DNA of 64,000 bases from an uncultured Chloroflexia bacterium (GTDB taxonomy: Bacteria; Chloroflexota; Limnocylindria; Limnocylindrales; CSP1-4). Positions 57,050 through 64,000 of the stretch are shown piece by piece; the first letter of the stretch is position 1, and each line of letters opens with the position of its first letter. A program made the translations under genes and the position numbers. Location of the stretch: assembly GCA_963713975.1 (NCBI GenBank), contig OY970218.1, positions 2,784,001 to 2,848,000 on the forward strand. The letters are read 5' to 3'. Under the pieces are notes generated by a model. That model saw only the letters and a list, made by a program, of their open reading frames with translations, was not told where the DNA came from and made no database searches.

Positions 57050-57964
57050 ATGAGCGAAGCACCGCAGGTGGTGGTCGTCGGCGCGGCGTGTCGTGATCTC
57101 GTGGATGACGACGAGCGCGGCTGGCGGCTCGGCGGTGGGGCATCGTATTCCGCTCTGGCGCTCGCCCGGCTGGGCCTCCGGGTGGGTGCGCTCGTCGTGG
57201 CCGACGAGCTCGCAGCGGGCTCGCGGGAGCTGAACACCATCCGCGACGCGGGGGTCGACGTCCGCGTGGTGCCGGGCAGCCGCGGCCCGATCTTCATCAA
57301 CATCGAGACGCCGGACGGGCGCATCCAGCAGACACCGCAGGTATCCGACCTCGTGGACCCGGGGGCTCTTCCGCCCGCGTGGCGGGACGCGGGGGCATGG
57401 ATGTTCGCGCCGGTGGCCGCCGAGGTCCACGACGCATGGGCGGACGTGCCGCGCGCGGATGCGCTCGTCGGCCTTGGCTGGCAGGGCCTGCTCCGCGTGC
57501 TCCGGAGCGGCGCTCCCGTCCATCACCTGTCGCCGTCCCAGTCGCCGGTGGTCCGGAGGGCAGACCTGATCGGGGTGGGCAGCGACGACGTGGATGCCGT
57601 GACGACCCCGGCGGATCTCGCCGGCCTGATGCACCCGGGCGCCACGCTGCTGTTCACGGATGGCGTGCACGGCGGCACGGCCTACAGGGTGGGCGATCGA
57701 CCGGTCGACCTCGAACCGCGTCACTGGCACAGCATCCCGATCGAGAAGTACGTGGACCCGGTGGGTGCCGGCGACACGTTCCTCGCCGCCGTGTTCGCGG
57801 CGTGGGTCGATCCGGCCATCACGGCGGGATGGAGCGGCCCCGATCCGGACCTCCGCCTGGGCGCCGCCTGCGGCTCGCTGATCCTCGAGGGTCCCGGGGT
57901 ATTCGGCGTGCCGTACCTCGCGGACGCCATGCGCAGGATGCACGGAGGCGACAACCCGGACTGA
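57050..57964 (+). CDS. PfkB family carbohydrate kinase
   Basis: GGGASY, LARLG, DPVGAGDTF signature; GGAGG before ATG 57050. Confidence 0.87.
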   Translation: MSEAPQVVVVGAACRDLVDDDERGWRLGGGASYSALALARLGLRVGALVVADELAAGSRELNTIRDAGVDVRVVPGSRGPIFINIETPDGRIQQTPQVSDLVDPGALPPAWRDAGAWMFAPVAAEVHDAWADVPRADALVGLGWQGLLRVLRSGAPVHHLSPSQSPVVRRADLIGVGSDDVDAVTTPADLAGLMHPGATLLFTDGVHGGTAYRVGDRPVDLEPRHWHSIPIEKYVDPVGAGDTFLAAVFAAWVDPAITAGWSGPDPDLRLGAACGSLILEGPGVFGVPYLADAMRRMHGGDNPD

Positions 57965-57973
57965 CCAGGGGCG

Positions 57974-59455
57974 TCAGGTGCCCGCGGGTGCCTCGCTGCG
58001 GCGGATCCGTGCCGCGAGCCTCGCGCCACGGCGCTGTAGATCGGCCTCCAGGCGTGGATGCGCCCGGCCGGCGAGACGCAGGCGCTCGAGCAGGCGCCAG
58101 GCCGTGCGGGTCGCTGCGAGGGCGCCACCTGGGTCGTGCAGGCGGTGCTCGCGCAGCTTCGCGACCTCGATCCAGGCGATGGCCCCGAGCCCGCCGCCAC
58201 CGGCCGCCGCGGTCTGCCAGGCCTCGGCGGCCTCCGCCCATCGCCCGAGGCGCTTGAGCGTGCGAGCCCGTTCTGCCGCGAGCCGCTCGTCCGTCCAGCG
58301 GTCCGACGCGGTGTCCCATGCGGCCGTGGAGGGCGAGGGCCCCATCGAGCCGCCGCGTCCACCGGCGAGCTCGCCCCGCCACCCGGAGCGTGGTGCAACA
58401 CCACCGAAGTGCGGCTGGACACGCGGCGACCACCAGGCGTTCCGTTCCTCGTGGGCGGCATCGCGAGCAACCGACGGGCGCACCGGCGAGCGCCCGAAGG
58501 GGTCCCGGATGGGTGGGGTCGAGGCAAGCGCGTCGTCCAGGCACTCGAGCGCCTCGTCGTGCCGCCGCTCCCGGGCATAGGCGCGGGCCAGGCCCGCCAG
58601 GTCACCCCGGGGCGCCTCGTGGCGCGTGGTCCGGTCCGTGTACCTGTGCTCGATGTGCCCCAGCAGGAGCCCCAGCGACCGGACGTCCTTCTCGTTGTGG
58701 ATGACGACGCCCGCGAGGGGCTCGATGGGCCCGCCGCGGAGTACGTCCAGGTAGAGGGACGGGATCTCCCAGCCCTCGACGTCACCCACGCGTGACACGC
58801 CGAGAAGGTCCTCCTCGACGGTCCGCAGGCGGGCGTTCTCCATGCGGTGCCTGAAGACGCGGCGCACGAACGGCAGCAGGTCCAGGTGGCCGGCGTGAGC
58901 GGGCGCGGGCCGGCCGGCGAGGCGGTAGCGGGCCTCGATCAGGGGCCAGTCGAACCCACGCCCGTTGTAGGTGACCAGCCATGTGTCCGGCGTCACCCAG
59001 CGGGCGATCTCCGCGAGCATGGCCGGCTCGTCCGCATGATCCGGGAGGAGGAGCTGGGTCTGGAGGAACGAGGATCCCTCCCAGCGGCCCATGCCGACCA
59101 GGAAGGCGAGGGTGCCGGCAGCCGTGGCGAGCCCCGTGGTCTCGGTGTCCAGGCAGACGAGGGGAGCGTCGGCGGGCGGGTGGCCGGGCAGGAGGGCAAG
59201 ACGCACGCGGTCGACCGGGATGTCCACGGGTGGCACGACCCGCCGGACGAGCAGCGAGCCATCATCCACGGTGACATCGGCCCCGAGGGCCGCCGCCAGT
59301 CGCGCCGCGAGCGCCGGGCTGCGGCGCCCGGCGAACGGGGCCCGCGCCGGCTCCTGGTCCGGCCCCACCGGCGCCCCGCCGGCCCGCCCGAGCGTCGCAC
59401 GCAGGTTCGCGAGCCGCCGCTCGCGCGTGACCGGCCCGACGGCCTCGACGGTCAT
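57974..59455 (-). CDS. mrfB: YprB/MrfB-like DEDD exonuclease (RNase_H_2) with TPR-like C-terminus
   Basis: LDTETTGL, TYNGRGFDWP, HLDLL, HNEKDV, IEVAKLREHR; coupled to the helicase. Confidence 0.85.
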   Translation of the reverse strand: MTVEAVGPVTRERRLANLRATLGRAGGAPVGPDQEPARAPFAGRRSPALAARLAAALGADVTVDDGSLLVRRVVPPVDIPVDRVRLALLPGHPPADAPLVCLDTETTGLATAAGTLAFLVGMGRWEGSSFLQTQLLLPDHADEPAMLAEIARWVTPDTWLVTYNGRGFDWPLIEARYRLAGRPAPAHAGHLDLLPFVRRVFRHRMENARLRTVEEDLLGVSRVGDVEGWEIPSLYLDVLRGGPIEPLAGVVIHNEKDVRSLGLLLGHIEHRYTDRTTRHEAPRGDLAGLARAYARERRHDEALECLDDALASTPPIRDPFGRSPVRPSVARDAAHEERNAWWSPRVQPHFGGVAPRSGWRGELAGGRGGSMGPSPSTAAWDTASDRWTDERLAAERARTLKRLGRWAEAAEAWQTAAAGGGGLGAIAWIEVAKLREHRLHDPGGALAATRTAWRLLERLRLAGRAHPRLEADLQRRGARLAARIRRSEAPAGT

Positions 59456-61758
59456 GCGACCGCCTCCCGCCGCACCAGCCCGGCACCCAGCGCGGCGAGG
59501 AGGCGGAGCGCGAGCGCCTTACCGTCCACCTCCGGCTCCAGGCGCGGTCCGGTGCAGGCCGGGCAGCCGGCCTCGCAGGGACAGGCGGCGATCAGGTCCA
59601 CGGCCCCTGCCACCAGCTCGTCGTGCCGGTCGAACAACCGCTCGGACAGGCCCACGCCGCCCGGCATCGCCTCGTACAGGTAGATCGTGGGTGCCTCGTG
59701 GTGCGGGGACCGGACCTGGGCGACGAGGCCCAGGTCCCGGGGATCCACCATCAGCAGGACCGCGGCCACGGCCTGGATGGCCCGCCCGGCCCCGATCAGC
59801 GCCACGTCCAGCTCGTCCCGCCTCCAGCCGGCGGCGGCCGCGTCCGCCGTGAGCCAGTAGGCCGTGGTCTGCAGCTCGATCTCCGGCAGGTCGATGGGAC
59901 CCCAGCCCACGTTCTCGTCCGTGACGAACTTGAGCTTCTTGTAGAGGGTCACGAGACTCGCGACCATGACCTCGCCGTGGACGCGCGTGCCGCCGGTTGC
60001 GGGGGCCGTCGCGAACACGTCGAGCGGCTTGAGGGTCACGGCGCGGTTGGCGTAGGTGTAGTGGTCCGCGTCGATCCGGTGGACATAGGCCTTGCGCTCG
60101 CCCCATTCGAGGCGGTCCACGTGGAACTGCGCCGACTCGTGCATGTAGATCGCGTGCTGGTGGACGAGGACCTGGGCGGAGAAGAGATCCACCTCGCCGA
60201 GCACCCTGGGGCGGTCCGGCGTCGTGTCGATGATCACGACGTTCTCGGGGGCGGCGGAGCGCAGCGAGATCTCCGAGGCGGGGAAGTTCTCCGAGCTCCA
60301 GTACCAGCGTCCATCGTCGGCCTGCCGCACGTGGCCGCCTTCACCCAGGAAGGCGAGCAGGTCGTCCGCCGGTCCCGGCCCGAACCACTCCCCGGGCTCG
60401 AACGGCAGCTCGAACGTTGCCGCGCGGATGTGGGCGAGCAGGACGTGGAGGTTGTCGGGGTCCAGCCGGGCTTCCTCGGGTCGCCCGCCGAGGACGAACT
60501 CCGGGTGATGGATGACGTATTGGTCCACGGGGGCCGGCGACGCGACCAGCACGGCGACGCTGACGTCGCCCCTGCGGCCGGCCCTGCCCATCTGCTGCCA
60601 AGTGGCGGCGATGGATCCCGGGTAGCCGGCAAGGACCGCCACGTCCAGCCGACCGATGTCCACGCCGAGCTCCAGTGCGTTCGTGCTGACAACGCCCAGG
60701 ACCTCGCCGTCCCGTAGCCCGCGCTCGATCGATCGTCGTTCCGTGGGCAGGTAGCCGCCCCGGTAGCCCCGGATCCGACTCCGGGGGCCAAGGTCCTGAC
60801 GCAGCGTCTCGCGCAGGTTCGAGAGCATGATCTCGACCGCCACGCGGCTCTTCCCGAAGACCACGGTCTGGCGCCCGGCGCGGAGGAACGGGATCGCCCA
60901 CCGCTGGGCCAGCGTCAGGGCGGACCCGCGCGCCCCGGTGGCGCCGTCGATGATCGGGGGGTCCACCAGCAGCAGGTGCTTCTCGCCCGCCGGGGCCCCG
61001 TTGCGGTCGATGAGGCGGGCGGGCCGCCCGGTCAGCGTCTCGGCCAGCTCCGCCGGGTTCCCGATGGTGGCCGAGCAGCACACGATGACGGGGTGCGAGC
61101 CGTAGTGCGCGCACAGCCGCAGCAGGCGCCGCAGCACGTTGGCGACGTGCGAGCCGAACACCCCGCGGTAGGTGTGGAGCTCGTCGATGACGATCACGCG
61201 AACTTGCTCGAACAGTTGGAACCACTTGGTGTGGTGGGGGAGGATTGCCGAATGGAGCATGTCGGGGTTCGTGACGACGACCTGCCCGGCCTTGCGGATC
61301 GCCGAGCGGATGGGTGCCGGCGTGTCCCCGTCGTAGCAGGCCGAGGAGACCTGCAGCCCGGCATCCCGGACGAGTTCCCCGAACTCGGCGACCTGGTCCT
61401 GGCCCAGGGCCTTGGTGGGGAACAGGAACAGCGCTCGTGCCGAGGGGTCCTCCGCGAGCGCCTGGAGCACCGGCACGGTGTAGCAGAGCGACTTGCCGGA
61501 TGCGGTCGGGGTGACCACGACGACGTCCTGCCCGTCGTGCACCGCCTCGATCGCGTCTGCCTGGTGGGTGTAAGGGCGCTCGATGCCGCGTCGTGCGAGG
61601 CCACCCCTGATTCTCGGGTCCAGCCACGCGGGCCACTCCCCATGCTCCGCGGCACGAGCCGCGCGCACCTCGTGATGGACGACGCCACGGGCGAGTGACG
61701 GCTCCGAGAGCAGGTGCTCCAGCACGTCCCGGGTGCTGGCTGGGGCGTAGGTGCGCAT
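59452..61758 (-). CDS. mrfA: YprA/MrfA-like DEAD/DEAH helicase with DUF1998
   Basis: YTHQ, TPTASGKS, PTKAL, TNPDMLH, DELH, SAT, STNALELGVDIG, QQMGRAGR, C-terminal CPCEAGCPAC; start ATG 61758 after GGAG. Confidence 0.92.
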   Translation of the reverse strand: MRTYAPASTRDVLEHLLSEPSLARGVVHHEVRAARAAEHGEWPAWLDPRIRGGLARRGIERPYTHQADAIEAVHDGQDVVVVTPTASGKSLCYTVPVLQALAEDPSARALFLFPTKALGQDQVAEFGELVRDAGLQVSSACYDGDTPAPIRSAIRKAGQVVVTNPDMLHSAILPHHTKWFQLFEQVRVIVIDELHTYRGVFGSHVANVLRRLLRLCAHYGSHPVIVCCSATIGNPAELAETLTGRPARLIDRNGAPAGEKHLLLVDPPIIDGATGARGSALTLAQRWAIPFLRAGRQTVVFGKSRVAVEIMLSNLRETLRQDLGPRSRIRGYRGGYLPTERRSIERGLRDGEVLGVVSTNALELGVDIGRLDVAVLAGYPGSIAATWQQMGRAGRRGDVSVAVLVASPAPVDQYVIHHPEFVLGGRPEEARLDPDNLHVLLAHIRAATFELPFEPGEWFGPGPADDLLAFLGEGGHVRQADDGRWYWSSENFPASEISLRSAAPENVVIIDTTPDRPRVLGEVDLFSAQVLVHQHAIYMHESAQFHVDRLEWGERKAYVHRIDADHYTYANRAVTLKPLDVFATAPATGGTRVHGEVMVASLVTLYKKLKFVTDENVGWGPIDLPEIELQTTAYWLTADAAAAGWRRDELDVALIGAGRAIQAVAAVLLMVDPRDLGLVAQVRSPHHEAPTIYLYEAMPGGVGLSERLFDRHDELVAGAVDLIAACPCEAGCPACTGPRLEPEVDGKALALRLLAALGAGLVRREAVA

Positions 61759-61779
61759 CTGCCGTCTCCGGTCTGATAT

Positions 61780-61793
61780 CGAACGGATGATCG
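61780..61793. promoter_or_regulatory. Candidate LexA (SOS) box upstream of mrfA
   Basis: CGAAC-GGAT-GATCG is one mismatch from CGAAC-N4-GTTCG and lies between the minus-strand TAGACT (61810-61805) and the start codon. Confidence 0.5.
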
Positions 61794-61902
61794 AATTGAA
61801 CGCGAGTCTACGACAGGCTGGCAACCGCGCGTGCCACCTTGGCTGTCACGGCCCACGCGGCGGTCCGCGTTGCGGCTCGCGAATCGCCGGACGGCGATCG
61901 AG

Positions 61903-61931
61903 TTGACAGCCGAATCGGGCGCAGCTACCCT
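61903..61931 (+). promoter_or_regulatory. Sigma70 promoter of the ftsB-like gene (leaderless)
   Basis: TTGACA (61903-61908), 17-nt spacer, TACCCT (61926-61931), then 6 nt to ATG 61938. Confidence 0.75.
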
Positions 61932-61937
61932 CGGGTC

Positions 61938-62489
61938 ATGGTTCGCTCCGCTCGACGCACCGGCACCGCACGCGTCGCGTCCGATGCCGCCGGTGCGCCG
62001 GCACTCGGACCCCAGGAAGCGATGTCCGGCCAGTCTGCCGCGGGTGCGCTGGCGAACCTGTCGGACCTGCCCGTGGCGGGCCTGACGCGGCGCCGGATCG
62101 CGCTCCTGCTTGCCGCCCTCGTGGCGGCCTGGGTGATCGTGCTGTTCGCCCGCCAGGTGGGCGAGGCCAGCGAGGCGACGGCACGTGCCGACGCGATGCG
62201 CCTTGCGAACGTCCGGCTCGAGTCGGACGTCACGGCGCTCGAGGCGGAACTCGAGCTGATCCAGAAGCAGGCCTACATCTCGCAGGCCGCACGCGAGTAC
62301 CGGCTGGGCTCGACGATGGAGATCCCGTTCGCGATCGAGGATGGCGCCGCCCCCCTCGGTGACGACGCTCCGGGATCCGCCGCGAGTCGTCTGGGCACGA
62401 GCGACGCCCCCTCCACGCCGCTCGACGCGTGGGCCAGGCTCCTGTTCGGCGAGCCCGTCAGGGCTCCGGGTGCGGTCGCCGGCGACTGA
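61938..62489 (+). CDS. Septum formation initiator (FtsB/DivIC-like)
   Basis: Single TM, coiled coil, then YISQAAREYRLG...EIPF, which resembles the DivIC tail. Confidence 0.72.
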   Translation: MVRSARRTGTARVASDAAGAPALGPQEAMSGQSAAGALANLSDLPVAGLTRRRIALLLAALVAAWVIVLFARQVGEASEATARADAMRLANVRLESDVTALEAELELIQKQAYISQAAREYRLGSTMEIPFAIEDGAAPLGDDAPGSAASRLGTSDAPSTPLDAWARLLFGEPVRAPGAVAGD

Positions 62490-62719
62490 CGCGAGCCTCG
62501 CGGGGCGGCGTCCTGTAGGCGGGCATGTCGCTCGATCCCAGGTGCTAGCCCACCCGATGCGCTCACCCGTCTACCGGTCCGATCGGCCTTCCCGTCGTCG
62601 GGACGGGGCCCTATGCTGAACCGATACGCCGGTGTTCGGGTGACCCGCGTCCGTGTCGTCGACGCGCCCGAGTAGCGAGCGAGCCAGTCGGAGTGCCAGG
62701 GGAGGATGGTCGGCGCCGG

Positions 62720-63277
62720 ATGATCGAGATCCCCGTAGAGGACTACGTCTTCGCGTTCGCCGCCCTCGTGGGTGGCGTGCTGCTCCTGTTGACCGTCGTC
62801 TTCGATGACATTTTGGGTGGGATCCTGGATTCGTTCGGGCTCGAGTTCGGCGGCACGTCGGTCACGCCGCTGCTGCTCGGGTTCATCGCCATGTTCGGAG
62901 CGGGCGGACTGGTTGCGACGCAGGTCTTCGACGTCCATGGCGGCCAGGCCGCGCTCGTCGCGGCCATCTCCGGGGTCGCGGGAGCGGCCCTGGCCGGCGG
63001 GCTGTTCGCCTGGTTGCGGCGATCCGAGAGCGAGGAGCCTTTCTCGCTGGCGGATCTCGTCGGCGACAGCGGCTACGTGAGCGTCGGCATCCCGGCCGGG
63101 CGCTACGGCAGCGTGCTCGTCCACGCCGAGGGCCAGGCCCACGAGTTTGCAGCAACCTCGGGCGCCGAGATCGCGGCGGGGACCACCGTCCGGATCACGG
63201 GTATCGCCGGGACGGGGTTGCTGGTCGAGCCGGCAGGGCAGACCGTGCCCGCCGCGCCTGCCGATCCCGCGCAGTAG
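62720..63277 (+). CDS. NfeD-like membrane protein
   Basis: Three hydrophobic segments plus an OB-fold-like tail (LVGDSGYVSVGIP...GSVLV...GTTVRI...LLVEP); directly upstream of flotillin. Confidence 0.85.
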   Translation: MIEIPVEDYVFAFAALVGGVLLLLTVVFDDILGGILDSFGLEFGGTSVTPLLLGFIAMFGAGGLVATQVFDVHGGQAALVAAISGVAGAALAGGLFAWLRRSESEEPFSLADLVGDSGYVSVGIPAGRYGSVLVHAEGQAHEFAATSGAEIAAGTTVRITGIAGTGLLVEPAGQTVPAAPADPAQ

Positions 63278-63304
63278 CGCCCGGAACCAGGAGGGGTTGA
63301 GATC

Positions 63305-64000
63305 GTGGATGCACTGTTCGACATCGTAGGGAGCGGGACGCTCGCGCTCCTGTTCGTCATCGTCGTCATCGTCCTGCTGGTGGCCTACATCACGGGCCGG
63401 TTCAAGGTCGCGGGCGCGAACGAGGCCCTCGTGCGCACCGGAGGGCTGGTGAGGGCCCCGGCCCAGCTCAAGGTGGTTCGCGCGGGTCGCGTCGTCGTGC
63501 TCCCGCTCGTCCACAAGCTGGGCAAGCTGCACCTGTCGGCCAGGCTGATCGAAGTGTCCCTGTCGGACGCGGTCACCCAGCAGGGCATCAAGGTGGCCGT
63601 CCAGGGCGTCGCGACGGTCAAGATCGGCGGCGACGACGAGTCGATCCGCAACGCCGCAGAGCGGTTCGTGGATCGCGAGGACCAGATCGAATCGATCGTC
63701 AAGAACGTGCTCGAGGGGTCGCTGCGCTCGATCGTGGGCACGCTGACCGTCGAAGAGCTCAACTACGACCGCCAGAAGTTCCAGCAGGAGGTCCAGAGCG
63801 CGGCCAAGGGCGACCTCGCCACGTCGGGCCTGACGATCGACAACTTCACGATCCAGGCCATCCGCGACGAGGTTGGCTACATGGACCTCATCGGCCAGCA
63901 GGAGACGGCCCGTCGCGAACGGGACGCGCGGATGGCCAAGGCCACGGCCGATCAGGAGGCAGCGGTCCGGGAGGCGGAGGCCCAGCAGATCAAGCTCAAC
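63305..64000 (+). CDS. Flotillin/SPFH domain protein (3' end outside window)
   Basis: GGAGG then GTG 63305; TM, RFKVAGANEALV, AAERF, VLEGSLRSIVG, GLTIDNFTIQ. Absent from the ORF track because it runs off the window. Confidence 0.9.
   Translation, partial: MDALFDIVGSGTLALLFVIVVIVLLVAYITGRFKVAGANEALVRTGGLVRAPAQLKVVRAGRVVVLPLVHKLGKLHLSARLIEVSLSDAVTQQGIKVAVQGVATVKIGGDDESIRNAAERFVDREDQIESIVKNVLEGSLRSIVGTLTVEELNYDRQKFQQEVQSAAKGDLATSGLTIDNFTIQAIRDEVGYMDLIGQQETARRERDARMAKATADQEAAVREAEAQQIKLN

Noticed and set aside
62490-62719. Structured RNA in the intergenic region before nfeD
   Set aside because: Only a TATGCT -10 candidate and imperfect GC stems are visible, which is insufficient to call an RNA element.

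Overview
Very GC-rich (about 70% by eye), gene-dense bacterial chromosomal segment made almost entirely of core or housekeeping genes. Gene content and style (Actinobacteria-like fhaA-fhaB-rodA-pbpA, Firmicutes-like DUF4446 and a T-box on valS, many leaderless genes) suggest a Terrabacteria member, most plausibly Chloroflexota such as the Limnocylindria lineage; this is inference, not a database result. In order: partial hisN/IMPase; potA-potD-potB-potC-gabT polyamine operon; mrp/apbC; crp; cinA; holin_3_6-like pair; tRNA-Leu(TAG); tig-clpP-clpX; T-box-valS; a cluster of zinc-ribbon and HTH orphans; a zinc-finger protein with a 12 x 39-bp perfect tandem repeat; fhaA-fhaB-rodA-pbpA; moxR-DUF58-transglutaminase; a serine operon; a vapBC toxin-antitoxin pair; RDD; murJ; rarA; a UvrD-nuclease/DNA methyltransferase/HAD unit; M20 amidohydrolase; agmatinase plus methyltransferase; CpaE-like-murI operon; divergent ychF; mrfA-mrfB; ftsB-like; nfeD-flotillin (partial). 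I found no integrase, transposase, prophage or CRISPR array, and I cannot demonstrate a complete new system. The best leads are: the zinc-finger/acidic-repeat scaffold-like protein divergent from a kinase-less FHA-RodA-PbpA cluster; a BldC/Xis-like HTH ending in a clamp-binding-like QPGLF; a 47-aa hydrophobic insertion in the PotB EAA loop; a CTG-initiated expanded holin-like gene missed by the ORF track; the helicase-nuclease/methyltransferase unit; and widespread leaderless transcription that may include the tRNA.
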